Source: a virus
Length of the DNA: 64,000 nt
Reading direction: 5' to 3' (one strand)
IMG/VR virus record: IMGVR_UViG_3300045988_184160
Location: 32,001-96,000 of that record
Numbering within the stretch: the first letter of the stretch is position 1; each line of letters begins with the position of its first letter. A program made the position numbers and the translations under genes. The notes beneath the pieces were generated by a model. The model saw nothing but the letters and a program-made list of their open reading frames with translations, was not told the origin of the DNA and made no database searches. This document shows, piece after piece, positions 9,612 to 19,009 of this stretch.

Positions 9612-9659
9612 CAAGTAAACCCCAATAAACAACCCCGTGGGGCAGAACATGAAACCGTA

Positions 9660-11265
9660 TCAAATAAGGCTGTATAACTTACGTTTGTAAGCCGTGTTTC
9701 CTTGTTTGTGTGCCGCCTTACTGGTCTCCGGGGTGCCGTGTGCACCCCGGTCCGCTAGTACGGTGGTCACCAAGTAAGTTGCTTGTACCCTAGCGGGGCG
9801 AGGAGGAAGAATCACCCCCTTAATATTGTGGTGGTTCTTCCTTTTTGGTGTTGCTGTGTGTTTAGTCCTGTCGCGACTGGGATATTTCAGAGAAGCCCGC
9901 GCGGGCGGGGTTTTCAAGGCAACCTGTGGTTGGAGTTTACGGTTCTTAGCACGGGTTTTCCTAGCTTTCTCAACCTTGGGCACAGCACGGGCAGCGATAT
10001 TCGCGGCTGCGTTCACATCCCTGTCCATTACACCATGCATCGGGCAGTCCGAGACTCTATGAGTAGGATGCGCAACACGAGAATCGCAAGCATGACACAC
10101 CTGTGAGGTGTTTGCCGCGTTTACCGATACAACCCACCCGCCGTTCTGTGACACATAATGGGTAAGCCAGTTAATGAGTTCACCGCGATTCCACCGCCCA
10201 TTCTGCATTGTATTAGTGACCCAGCTGAGGTCTTCCACCGCAACAACCGCGTTACCCCACAGGTGAGATAAATCAGCTATCTCCTGGGCGGCTATAATGG
10301 CTAGTTCCCGTTTCTTACGGGAACTAGCTCCACCGCGAAGCTAGTTCCCGTTTCTTACGGGAACTAGCTTCGCGGTGGAGCTGTGCTTCATCCAGTGCTG
10401 ACATCCGGGCTTGTCTCTGGTAGAGGAGACTGTCTGCTTTCTTTTTAAGGAATCGTACCTGTTTCTCAGAAGCTCTGACACTGTTCCAGAGTGAATGAAC
10501 ACGCTGAGCAAGCGTGCCTTGGTAGACTATCTGCCCTGTCTTAGTGTTGCGAACGACGACGGTGGCGTAGTTATTAATACCAGCATCCACACCGATAACG
10601 TAATCACCTGAGAACTGGACGACAGGGTTATCTGTTGCTACTGTGAAGATGAATACGGGCTGGTTATTCTCGACTTTCACCAAAGGTAGGGTTACTTTTC
10701 CCTCCGGGAAACGGGTGTTATCAAAGCTGAAAATCAGTCTGTACCGTTCACCTTGGATAACCATCTTAAGAACGATTTCCCCATCAGCAAAAGGGTTGTT
10801 CTCAATCACAGCATATTGCTTGTCTACGGCACCAAGGTTAATGTAATCCTCGCCATATGACGGCGCAGATGCATCCACAGTGCGTTTCCAGCCTTGAGAA
10901 ATATATTTAGATGAGGAGCCGTTTACGGCTTTGACACGCTCCTGCCATGAACGATACTCAGTAACTACGCGATGTCTAACTAGCCACTCTTTACGTGATT
11001 TGCCTGTCCTCCCAGTTGCTAGGAAGTCAGGCATGGTCACACCTGCCCGACGACCCGCAACGGCAGGTTGGGTGACGGTAACCTGGGACAGTTCAGACCC
11101 TAAGGTGGTGTCGTTACGAACCACGTAGGTGGCGTAAGCAGAGATACCCTGAACCTCAGAGACAAGCTTAGCTAAAACAGGGGTGCTATCCAGTAGTTCA
11201 CCGTTCAGATTCAGGACGTGAGAAGGGTGCGCCACGAAAGCCTTATAGGTCCGATTCTTAGCCAA
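9660..11265 (-). pseudogene. tnpB: tnpB (RuvC-like RNA-guided nuclease family), interrupted by a 40-nt insertion that causes a frameshift and stop
   Basis: Two ORFs, 10324-11265 and 9660-10238. RuvC-I IGVDAGINN, RuvC-II AVEDLSWV, Zn-finger/RuvC-III CHACDSRV...CPMHGVMDRDVNAAANIA. Translating across the gap restores ...SSRKKRELAIIAAQEIADLSHLWGNAVVAVEDL once 40 nt are removed. Confidence 0.85.
10300..10380. repeat. quasi-palindromic duplication inside tnpB
   Basis: 29-nt direct repeat GCTAGTTCCCGTTTCTTACGGGAACTAGC at 10300-10328 and 10340-10368. CTCCACCGCGAAG (10328-10340) is the reverse complement of CTTCGCGGTGGAG (10368-10380). Together, 10328-10380 forms a perfect 23-bp stem with a 7-nt loop. 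Confidence 0.9.
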
Positions 11266-11281
11266 CGCACCCCACCTTTCC

Positions 11282-11902
11282 TTACTTATCGTCTAGTTTC
11301 TTGGACACATCATCAATGAGTTTACGCTGCTGCTCCCAGCCCCTCAAACGGTAAAACTTGCCGCTAAAGGACGCGAGAAGCGCCATGAAATCCTCCATCA
11401 GAACCGCGTGGGGCTCACGGGTTTCAGGGCTATCCAGGACAGTCACCTCAGCACCATAAGCTGTAAGAAGCTCCGTCAAATAGGTGAAACCAAACCTAGT
11501 GAGCCTAGCCTGATTGGTCACAAATACCCTGACTTTACCCTCCTCAGACTTTACGTCCCTGATGAGAGCTTTAAGACCTTTACGTTTCTCGTTAAGACCA
11601 GAGGCTTTATCTTGAAAAACCTTGTCCGGCTCACCATAAGCCGCCTTCAGCTTCTCCAACTGAGTTTCAATGAGGACATCATCACCGTTAGAAGACCTTA
11701 CATAGAAAAAAGTCTTACCAGCATCAGGCTCAAGCCCCAGCATCTCCCTCTTGAAATCTTCAAGCTCAGACGGGTAGAAAACCTTTTCCCCCGTAATTGA
11801 TACATGGTAACCCAACTTACCGCGCTGACACCAGGCCCTAACAGTAGAAGGCGATATACCTAGAAACTTAGCAGCTTGCCCTACTCTTAGATAATCCTTC
11901 AA
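11282..11902 (-). CDS. tnpA: IS607-type serine recombinase transposase (MerR-like HTH + resolvase catalytic domain)
   Basis: 206 aa. N-terminal HTH YLRVGQAAKFLGISPSTVRAWCQRGKL. Catalytic-Ser region FFYVRSSNGDD. Resolvase-like core ...VFVTNQARLTRFGF. Confidence 0.88.
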   Translation of the reverse strand: MKDYLRVGQAAKFLGISPSTVRAWCQRGKLGYHVSITGEKVFYPSELEDFKREMLGLEPDAGKTFFYVRSSNGDDVLIETQLEKLKAAYGEPDKVFQDKASGLNEKRKGLKALIRDVKSEEGKVRVFVTNQARLTRFGFTYLTELLTAYGAEVTVLDSPETREPHAVLMEDFMALLASFSGKFYRLRGWEQQRKLIDDVSKKLDDK

Positions 11903-12040
11903 GACAACCCCCTGTATAAGTAATGCATTGCATACTATCTATATTATAATATATAAATATTACTAACAAAATCTACAACAGCTGTCCACCCTTATCGGGT
12001 GGCTTGTTCTGCTACTACTCAAGAACAATAGAATCGCACA

Positions 12041-12829
12041 GTGCAAATAATGTCCACGATAGATAAATTCACACAAAAAACAGTTTTCAGGCCCGAGCAG
12101 GATTATTTCTACCGTCTACCCCCACCAGTTTTCTCTGATGATGTTGCGGTTTTCATGGGCGGTGTCCTGCAGCATAAGGACGACCTCACCGCTTATGACC
12201 GTGAGCTTCTTCGAGGGTACCAGCCGGATAGTGAGCCTGATGAGCCGGTTTTGACGATTGTGAAGGACGGTGACGGGTATTTGTGGTCTTTACTGAAAAT
12301 CTTGATGGTTCCGGTGTTGTCCACGCTACTGTTTCCCGCGTTGAGGTGGGTTGGGGTGGATTTGACTGTTGGTCCGCTTCTGTGGGTCCTGTCGCTGTGT
12401 TTCATCTGGGTTGTGACTGGGTTGTATGCTCTATGGTTTTTGCAGGGGTATACGCAGAAGCATCTTGCGTCGCTTTATGTTTATTCTGTGGCTGAGGATG
12501 CGGAGGTTATGGAGCGCCGGCGGTTCCTTATTGGTGAGTGTGAGCGGTTGAGTAAGGAAATTGAGGGGTTGGAGTATCAGCGGGATAAGGTTCTTGAGGT
12601 GCGTAAGGCTGAGTTGGAGGCTTTGCCTATTAGTGTGGTGACTGTTGGTTCTCGCGTGGTGAGTAGGGACGCGGCGGTTGCTGATGTTGTGGGTGAGATT
12701 GGGCGTGTTGGTGCTGAGATTGAGGTTTTGAGGGGTAGGTTGTCGGGGTTGCAGGATTCGTTGGCGTATTCTGCTTTGGCGTTTTTGTCGTCTGATGAGG
12801 GGAGCCGTAGAGCGTATCTTGCGAAGTGA
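12041..12829 (+). CDS. membrane protein with a C-terminal coiled coil, function unknown
   Basis: 262 aa; GTG at 12041 or ATG at 12050. Three hydrophobic segments (LKILMVPVLSTLLFPAL, LLWVLSLCFIWVVTGLYALWFL). Heptad-like ERLSKEIEGLEYQRDKVLEVRKAELE. Strongly G+T-rich. Confidence 0.55.
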   Translation: MQIMSTIDKFTQKTVFRPEQDYFYRLPPPVFSDDVAVFMGGVLQHKDDLTAYDRELLRGYQPDSEPDEPVLTIVKDGDGYLWSLLKILMVPVLSTLLFPALRWVGVDLTVGPLLWVLSLCFIWVVTGLYALWFLQGYTQKHLASLYVYSVAEDAEVMERRRFLIGECERLSKEIEGLEYQRDKVLEVRKAELEALPISVVTVGSRVVSRDAAVADVVGEIGRVGAEIEVLRGRLSGLQDSLAYSALAFLSSDEGSRRAYLAK

Positions 12830-12843
12830 GTTAGCGACCTTTT

Positions 12844-12887
12844 GGGGTGTCACCAGTGTTTATTCATGGTGGCACCCCTTATTTTAT
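12844..12887 (+). terminator. rho-independent terminator
   Basis: 12-bp stem GGGGTGTCACCA (12844-12855) / TGGTGGCACCCC (12867-12878) with one G-U pair, 11-nt loop, then TTATTTTAT. Confidence 0.75.
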
Positions 12888-12906
12888 GTGCTGGCGACGA
12901 AAGCAT

Positions 12907-12934
12907 TTGCAAAACAGGAAGAACCTAATATAGA
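12907..12934 (+). promoter_or_regulatory. sigma70-like promoter candidate
   Basis: TTGCAA (12907-12912), 16-nt spacer, TATAGA (12929-12934). Lies about 45 nt upstream of the ATG at 12980; TAGGAG RBS at 12963-12968. Confidence 0.35.
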
Positions 12935-12979
12935 CTCTAGAATAAATGACAGGAAAACTAGGTAGGAGTCTATAAGCGC

Positions 12980-14074
12980 ATGAGTACATACTCAAAAATC
13001 AGGTGTATACGCCTCGAAAATTTTATGGGGTACCCCGACCAGATAATAGACTTCAAAAGTAAACCTATCCTGCACATCACGGGTGACAACGGCACCGGAA
13101 AATCAAGTGTCATACGCGCCCTAGAAGTTGCTTTCTGTGGGCGGCATAGTAGACACAAGAATAAGCTGATCCGCAAAGGGCAGACGAAAACAACTATCAC
13201 CCTCACCCTAGAAGACGGCACCCATGTAGAATACCTTCGTCAAGCAAGCGAACTAGCCCGCAAAGGCAGAACAGCCGCCTTGAAAGGTACCGAATCCTAC
13301 ACGATCTACCGCTACCTAAACAAGGATGGTGGGGTGGTGACCTTTGAGGGGGACACCACCCCAGACCCCACAGGTGTTACGAAGGAAATTCTGTTCACCA
13401 CACGGGACGGTGACACTCTCATCCCCGTAACGGGCATACCCCTAGAGGTAGAGAAAATCACGGGGTTCCTTTTCTCGTCACTCAACGACCAGGATGTTCC
13501 GTTGAATGTGGGCACAAGGAACGATCCCACGTTCTTGGTTGAAACCGCTGGTAGAGACAACTATAAGACAATGATGCTCCTCGGTGGGGGCGCTACCGTC
13601 ATAGAGGCCCAACAGAACATTCATGAGAGGATCCTCAAACAGAGGCGCGAAGATAAGGACGCGACCTCCAAACTTGAGTTTCTGTACGGGAACATCACCG
13701 AAGGCAGCATCCTATCAGATGAGGTGCCCAGCAAGCTCAACGACCTCATAACCAAGTTAGAGGCCCAGCAGGCGAACTATGAGCAGGTGAAAAGGTTAGA
13801 AGCCGCACTGAGGAAGATCGTCTCAATCAAGGTGCCGCCGAAACCACCGGAGCTGCCAGATATTGAGTCCCTGAAAATGGTTCTACGGCTCAAGAAGGCA
13901 GTGGAAACACTCATGCACTGGGAAGCGCAGGTGGAAGCCCGCACCCAGAACATGGTGGCAGAAAAACAGCGGATGCAAGGAATCCAGGACGCCATGAGAC
14001 AAGCAGGGGTACACGCCCTAGACTGCTGGAACTGCGGGGCGACAAACACTCTCAGCCTCACACAACACGCCTAG
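12980..14074 (+). CDS. Rad50/SbcC-like SMC-family ATPase, N-terminal half (Walker A head lobe + coiled coil + CxxC hook)
   Basis: 364 aa. N-terminus IRCIRLENFMGY...ILHITGDNGTGKSSVIRALEVAF (Walker A at nt 13082-13105). Long heptad region. CWNC at nt 14034-14045, 9 residues before the stop. Confidence 0.75.
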   Translation: MSTYSKIRCIRLENFMGYPDQIIDFKSKPILHITGDNGTGKSSVIRALEVAFCGRHSRHKNKLIRKGQTKTTITLTLEDGTHVEYLRQASELARKGRTAALKGTESYTIYRYLNKDGGVVTFEGDTTPDPTGVTKEILFTTRDGDTLIPVTGIPLEVEKITGFLFSSLNDQDVPLNVGTRNDPTFLVETAGRDNYKTMMLLGGGATVIEAQQNIHERILKQRREDKDATSKLEFLYGNITEGSILSDEVPSKLNDLITKLEAQQANYEQVKRLEAALRKIVSIKVPPKPPELPDIESLKMVLRLKKAVETLMHWEAQVEARTQNMVAEKQRMQGIQDAMRQAGVHALDCWNCGATNTLSLTQHA

Positions 14075-14095
14075 AAAAACATTGAGACAACGAGT

Positions 14096-15259
14096 ATGAA
14101 ACACAGAGAACATAAAACATTCAACGGGTCAGCCCTCATATTCGGTGACCTGCACCTATTCGTGAAACAAGACCACCGCCGCCCCACAGGGTTAAGCTCA
14201 CACAAAGACTACAACGCCAACAGTAGGCACAACATGCGGATGGTTCTGCGGCAGATCGAAGAGTTCCAAGGCGCGCACCCTGGGGAGCCTCTGATGGTGT
14301 TCTTCCTCGGGGACCTGTTCGGTGTGGATCAGCACGTGCTGACCGATAACACGCAGAGGTCAGAGGCAGCAGAGTTCCTGTCCACCATCAAGAACCTTAC
14401 GGGGCACCCCGCTCAGATGGTGTGGGGTAACCACGACCGCAGTTCACAGCAGGTCTCCGAGTCTGATCTTTTCATGCAGCTTGGGTTACTGGAAAACCCG
14501 TCGTGGGTTGATTTCACTGATGCTGACGGTAATATTCATTGGCGCTGGCACCTAGTGAACAATAACGACTATGAGCAGCCTATCCCCACGGTCAGGCACG
14601 GGGCACCGTCCGACATGGGCACCAAACCTGATGGTGGTAAGGCGCGCCGGAAAACCCTGCCTACGGTTGAGCATGTGGCGAACGGTGTGCTTGGGCATAA
14701 CCATTATTATGCGGGTGAGGATATGCGCCCGCATCCTGGGGGTGGCTGTATTGATTTGACGACTCTCGAATCTTTCAAGGATGTTATCGCTGTTATTTAT
14801 GGGGATACGCATGAGCCGTCTAGTGACGGGTTCTACCCGTACACCTTGAACTCTGCTGGTGCTGGGCATGAGCGTTACGCTATGGGGCTTGGTTCACCTG
14901 CACGTACTTCACGAGCACAGGATTATGAGGATGCTTATGTGATGTGGTTCTTGTCCCCTGCTGTGTCGGGTGGTGAACGGTTTGATTTTGAGGTTCACCG
15001 GTTTGGTGCGCGCCCTGCGTCTGAGGTTTTCCTTCCTGAGGAGAGGACTTTGCTTAGGGATGTGGGTGGCGTGGTTCGTGAGGCTACGGATGATGAGCGT
15101 CGGACGATGCGGGGTATTCTGCAGGGTTTGAACGGGAAAACGTTTGATGGGGAAAATATTTCTTCTGCGATAGACGAGGTTCTAGCCGACGACCTGCTAG
15201 CTGCGCGAGTAGCTAAAGCCCACATACAAGCAGTACGGGACACCCACGCCGCCGGATAA
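14096..15259 (+). CDS. Mre11/SbcD-type calcineurin-like metallophosphoesterase (nuclease)
   Basis: 387 aa. Ordered motifs FGDLHLF, FLGDLFGVD, WGNHDR, LGHNH, YGDTHEP. Confidence 0.8.
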   Translation: MKHREHKTFNGSALIFGDLHLFVKQDHRRPTGLSSHKDYNANSRHNMRMVLRQIEEFQGAHPGEPLMVFFLGDLFGVDQHVLTDNTQRSEAAEFLSTIKNLTGHPAQMVWGNHDRSSQQVSESDLFMQLGLLENPSWVDFTDADGNIHWRWHLVNNNDYEQPIPTVRHGAPSDMGTKPDGGKARRKTLPTVEHVANGVLGHNHYYAGEDMRPHPGGGCIDLTTLESFKDVIAVIYGDTHEPSSDGFYPYTLNSAGAGHERYAMGLGSPARTSRAQDYEDAYVMWFLSPAVSGGERFDFEVHRFGARPASEVFLPEERTLLRDVGGVVREATDDERRTMRGILQGLNGKTFDGENISSAIDEVLADDLLAARVAKAHIQAVRDTHAAG

Positions 15260-15310
15260 ACCAATAAGTTTTACATAAAAACCTTTTGAACGGAAGAAGA
15301 AGAAGAGAAA

Positions 15311-16015
15311 ATGACCCCAGGAAACACAGGACAGGACATCCTGAAAGAATACGCCGCCACCCAAGCGAAGCTCAAAGAAATCGAACGTGAACGCGACCTC
15401 GCGGCACGGGACTTGGAACGAGCTAAGGCTGAGCTGCAGCAGATCGACCAGGAAATGAGGGATGCTAAAAACTACTCCCCCCTCGATGACATGCAGGAAA
15501 GAGGCGGGGCAGAGGCTTACCTAGCTTTCGTTATAAACTGGGTATCCCGCATGGAAGAAGCAACCCGCGAATCCATCACAGAAGCTAACCAGATCCTCGA
15601 AGCCTACAGGAGCGGTAACCTGACCGCGCTGAACGAGCTGCTGGGGGTTGAGGCGTCTGGCGAGATACCTGTTGAAGGACCGAGCGTTGAGGTTGCTGAC
15701 GGCACCGTACCAGCTGTGAAGTTTGAGGATGTTGCACCTGCTGGGTACAGTGCACCGGAAGAGCCTGTTTCCCCTGCCGTGGTTGCGGTGGAGGAGCCAG
15801 TAGCAGCGAAGCCGGAGCCCAGCCAAGCCGCGAGCGCACCCGCCCTCAACTGGGGAAACAGCAAAAACGACAGCACCAGCAACAACCATAACGGCACCCA
15901 AGACCCTTGGGAAAACTCAAATAACAACGGGTGGGGGTCTAACCTCTTTAATGACGGGGAAATGGGTGACCCAAGCGGATTCTTCTCCGAAGGGAATGAG
16001 CAGAACCATGAATAA
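15311..16015 (+). CDS. coiled-coil protein with a low-complexity tail, function unknown
   Basis: 234 aa. N-terminal heptads (KLKEIERERDLAARDLERAKAELQQIDQEMRD). N/S/G/W-rich C-terminus. Overlaps the next start (ATGAATAA). Confidence 0.5.
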   Translation: MTPGNTGQDILKEYAATQAKLKEIERERDLAARDLERAKAELQQIDQEMRDAKNYSPLDDMQERGGAEAYLAFVINWVSRMEEATRESITEANQILEAYRSGNLTALNELLGVEASGEIPVEGPSVEVADGTVPAVKFEDVAPAGYSAPEEPVSPAVVAVEEPVAAKPEPSQAASAPALNWGNSKNDSTSNNHNGTQDPWENSNNNGWGSNLFNDGEMGDPSGFFSEGNEQNHE

Positions 16016-16934
16016 CACACTCAGCAGGGAACTAACAACCACCCTCAACAACCTACGCGCCACCCAAGCAGCATACGCCGAGAAACTAAACACCCACCAC
16101 ACCAACATCAGCACCTACAAGCAAATCCAACGGGACAGGGCATACAAGCGTGAAGTGACCCGTGTACTCAGTGCAGCGAAGCAGGGGCTTCACAAGGTGC
16201 AGGAGCAGACGGGGGTTGAGGTACGGGAGTTCGTGACCGATGTTATCAATAAAGCTATCCAGAACCTCTTCCCCAAAGAGAACCTGCGCATCTCCATTGT
16301 TGCCAACGACGAGAAACCAACCAAAACCAGGGCACGCAAGACCAGTAGCACACCCGCGATGGTTTACAAGCGACTAGATCTTGAGGTTGCTGGCACTGAC
16401 GGTGAGCCTATGAATGTCGCTATCCAGGTTGGTTCTGGGTTGCAGGACCTTATTTCTTTCCTGTACCGTGTCGCCTTGATTTCTGTGTCGTCGGGCAGGA
16501 AGCTTCTTGTGAGTGACGAGCTGCTGCACGGTTTGGCGGTTGATCGTTTCAAAGATATTGTGGGTATCCTGGATTTGTTCACTGAGGAAGGTTTTCAGTT
16601 CATCATCATTGAGCACGGGCTGGACCCGTCTCTGTGGGGTGGTAACGCCCGTGTCCTTGAGACGGTCAGGTCTAATGGGTGCTCAAGTTTGGTTGATGTG
16701 ACTGGGGAGTATTCGGGTGGCAACAGGGTTCTTGAAGAGCTCAAAGAATCTGTTGAGAATGCAGTGAAACAGGCTAAGGAGGCGCATGAAGCTAACCCCG
16801 TTGAAGATTCTGAGCCACTAGAAACTATAACCACCACAACTAAACCCGATAAGCAAGCAAAAACAAAGGCAGATAAAGAAAACCCTGCTCAAGAAGAATT
16901 AAACATGGCACCACCCAACATGTTTCAAGACTAA
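16008..16934 (+). CDS. Rad50/SbcC-like ATPase, C-terminal half (coiled coil + signature / Walker B / H-loop lobe)
   Basis: Start trimmed to the ATG at 16008. N-terminal ~90 aa are heptad-like. Then QVGSGLQDLISF (signature-like), RKLLVSDELLHGL (Walker B/D-loop) and FIIIEHG (H-loop). Confidence 0.65.
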   Translation: MNNTLSRELTTTLNNLRATQAAYAEKLNTHHTNISTYKQIQRDRAYKREVTRVLSAAKQGLHKVQEQTGVEVREFVTDVINKAIQNLFPKENLRISIVANDEKPTKTRARKTSSTPAMVYKRLDLEVAGTDGEPMNVAIQVGSGLQDLISFLYRVALISVSSGRKLLVSDELLHGLAVDRFKDIVGILDLFTEEGFQFIIIEHGLDPSLWGGNARVLETVRSNGCSSLVDVTGEYSGGNRVLEELKESVENAVKQAKEAHEANPVEDSEPLETITTTTKPDKQAKTKADKENPAQEELNMAPPNMFQD

Positions 16935-16938
16935 AAAA

Positions 16939-16993
16939 TATTCGGTTCACCAGTAAAAGCGGAAGTTATACTACTAGTGAACCGAGTATTTTT
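16939..16993 (+). terminator. rho-independent terminator
   Basis: 16-nt arms TATTCGGTTCACCAGT (16939-16954) / ACTAGTGAACCGAGTA (16973-16988) with 2 mismatches, then TTTTT. Confidence 0.6.
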
Positions 16994-17026
16994 ATGCCCA
17001 AAAAACAGGGAAGGGAAGGACACAGA

Positions 17027-19009
17027 ATGCCGCAACTCAAAGACACCCTAAAAAAGGCGCTGGGAGGTGAGCTCCTAGAAGGTGAAGATGGGATGAACTA
17101 CGGGGCTTACTCCCCTAACGGTGTGCGAGCAATAATTATTCTGAAAGACCTCATTTTCATTGACTACCACAGGGGGTACCCTGGGAACCACACTATCAAA
17201 GAAGTAGCGGGATGGTCACCAGCTGCTTGGCGTCTCAACCCTTCCCAAGTGATGCTTGAGCTACCCAAAGGGAACGCGCTACCTAATGGTGCAGCGTATG
17301 ATCCAGTGGAGCGTTACTACTACCAGAACACTGGTGAAGAGAAAATGATTGTTGCCGCACCCCAGTCGGACGGTGTACTATGCGATTTTCTGGACAGGGA
17401 ACCTGTGGGTTCATCCTATTCTAAGCTGCTGAGGCTCTTGACAGATTACAAGAATTTCTTCACTCTCGAAGAAATACTAGTTGACGAAAACCTAGGCATC
17501 AACATCAATGATTATAAGCGCCCCGAGGGGAGCAGGCTACGCAGGATAGGTTACGTTTCTCGGGACGCCTACAATTCTGGTATCGACAATGAAACGCTGG
17601 GGAACATGCTCACTCAATACCGCAAAGAATCCGAGCAAGTTACCCCTTATGAGTCACTGTTCTCAGATTTTTTCACTGATAAGTCATGGGAAGCGAGTAA
17701 CCCCCGCGCCACGGATCAGCAGGTTTACAATACGGAGGGTGAAGGTGAGTGGTTCAGGAAACATATTTTAGCCCCTAAACACTACTCGTCCGATATTGTT
17801 GGTGGTAAGCTATACAAGCATTTCCTGGAAGCCACCAAAACCCTGAGTGCAAAGCACGGTGGGTCTAATGCATCAGCTGACGTGTCCCCTGAGCAGGTGC
17901 AGGTCTTGGAGACGTATGCCTCCGCTATCCAGAAGGACACCAAGGTTTACGGTGAGGTTGAAGAGCTATTCACCGTGCTTCAACGAGACTCCCAAAACAA
18001 CGGTGAGTCAGAGGTCAAGCACCTGTACGCCACCCATGTCCTCAACGTCCTAACCGGTGGGAACCACGGGCGACTGTCCCCTAAATACGCTAACACACCC
18101 ATACCGATGCTCAGGTGGGCTGTCGAACAATGCTTAGGCAGGGAATACTATGCCACCCAAAACCAGGGAAACAACGACACCGCGAAACTGCAAGAAAAAT
18201 ACGGTGCCCTAGATCAAACCTACAGCCAGTTAGGTTTATACAACCCAGCCGACGCTGATAAAAATGGTGCTAGCTTCCCCAGCCTCAACGAAAACCCCGC
18301 GATCCTCAAAGCAGAAAAAGAGAAAACCGGTATCCTGCACACCGTGATCTTTGAAGCACTCTACGGGGGTATTATCCTGATCGTTGAAGACGCACGGCAG
18401 AAAGGGGTGCAGGTCCAAGCAACAGACATCATAGCGGAAGCCCACCCGTCCCAGTTCGTCCCAGCATACGAGTCGTTCCTGAAACGAATCAGCAACGTGT
18501 GGGACGACCCCACCAACCTAATCATCAACCAGCTCAACGAGGCACTGCGGGGTATCATCACCCCAGCGGAAGCACGAGAAGTTGCGGGTATCCTGAAACG
18601 TCTACCTGAAGATGTCCAAGTATACCTGAAAGACCGCGTATCCATAGAAATGGATGGCAATAAACTCCCTTACATTGACAGGTTGGAACCCTTTAAGAAC
18701 CATGAAACATGGGCTACTTTCAAAGAATATAACTACGGTGAGACAACACCTAAAAACCCTGCAACGCAGGGCATCCCACCAGCTGAAACACTCGCTTACT
18801 TATCCCCTGGGATGATTCTCGCTAGGGCGGCAATGAAAACATCCCCCAGTGAGGTATACAACAAGTCCAATATTGGGCGCTGGGTGGATGAGTCAGCGGT
18901 TGGGAGCGAAGAGAAAACCAAGCGGATCCGCAAGATAGGGGAACTTATAAATAAAGGAATCCAGCTACGCCAAGGAAACTATGCAGCCAACACAGGGGAG
19001 GGGCAGTAA
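17027..19009 (+). CDS. hypothetical protein (660 aa)
   Basis: Start moved to the ATG at 17027 (GGAAGGA RBS), because the ATG at 16994 abuts the terminator T-tract. No family recognised. Confidence 0.55.
   Translation: MPQLKDTLKKALGGELLEGEDGMNYGAYSPNGVRAIIILKDLIFIDYHRGYPGNHTIKEVAGWSPAAWRLNPSQVMLELPKGNALPNGAAYDPVERYYYQNTGEEKMIVAAPQSDGVLCDFLDREPVGSSYSKLLRLLTDYKNFFTLEEILVDENLGININDYKRPEGSRLRRIGYVSRDAYNSGIDNETLGNMLTQYRKESEQVTPYESLFSDFFTDKSWEASNPRATDQQVYNTEGEGEWFRKHILAPKHYSSDIVGGKLYKHFLEATKTLSAKHGGSNASADVSPEQVQVLETYASAIQKDTKVYGEVEELFTVLQRDSQNNGESEVKHLYATHVLNVLTGGNHGRLSPKYANTPIPMLRWAVEQCLGREYYATQNQGNNDTAKLQEKYGALDQTYSQLGLYNPADADKNGASFPSLNENPAILKAEKEKTGILHTVIFEALYGGIILIVEDARQKGVQVQATDIIAEAHPSQFVPAYESFLKRISNVWDDPTNLIINQLNEALRGIITPAEAREVAGILKRLPEDVQVYLKDRVSIEMDGNKLPYIDRLEPFKNHETWATFKEYNYGETTPKNPATQGIPPAETLAYLSPGMILARAAMKTSPSEVYNKSNIGRWVDESAVGSEEKTKRIRKIGELINKGIQLRQGNYAANTGEGQ

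Larger units (their letters stand above)
9615..11985 (-). mobile_element. IS607-family insertion sequence (tnpA + disrupted tnpB); boundaries approximate
   Basis: The only - strand genes in the window. Serine-recombinase tnpA lies 16 nt upstream of a TnpB-like ORF. It sits in a + strand intergenic gap, and its composition is uniform, unlike the flanks. I could not define the ends, and this family has no inverted repeats to mark them. Confidence 0.65.

Noticed and set aside
10238-10324. Programmed frameshift or recoding joining the two tnpB ORFs
   Set aside because: The gap is explained exactly by a 40-nt duplicated quasi-palindrome. There is no slippery heptamer, and the insertion also introduces an in-frame stop. 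A mutational lesion or an assembly artefact is the simpler explanation.
12980-16934. Calling the SMC-like ATPase plus nuclease cluster a named defence system (Lamassu-, Wadjet- or Gabija-like)
   Set aside because: The partner is a calcineurin-type Mre11/SbcD phosphoesterase and the ATPase has a CxxC hook, which points to Rad50/SbcC-type repair machinery. None of the effector types I associate with those defence families is evident. It is left open as a hypothesis only.
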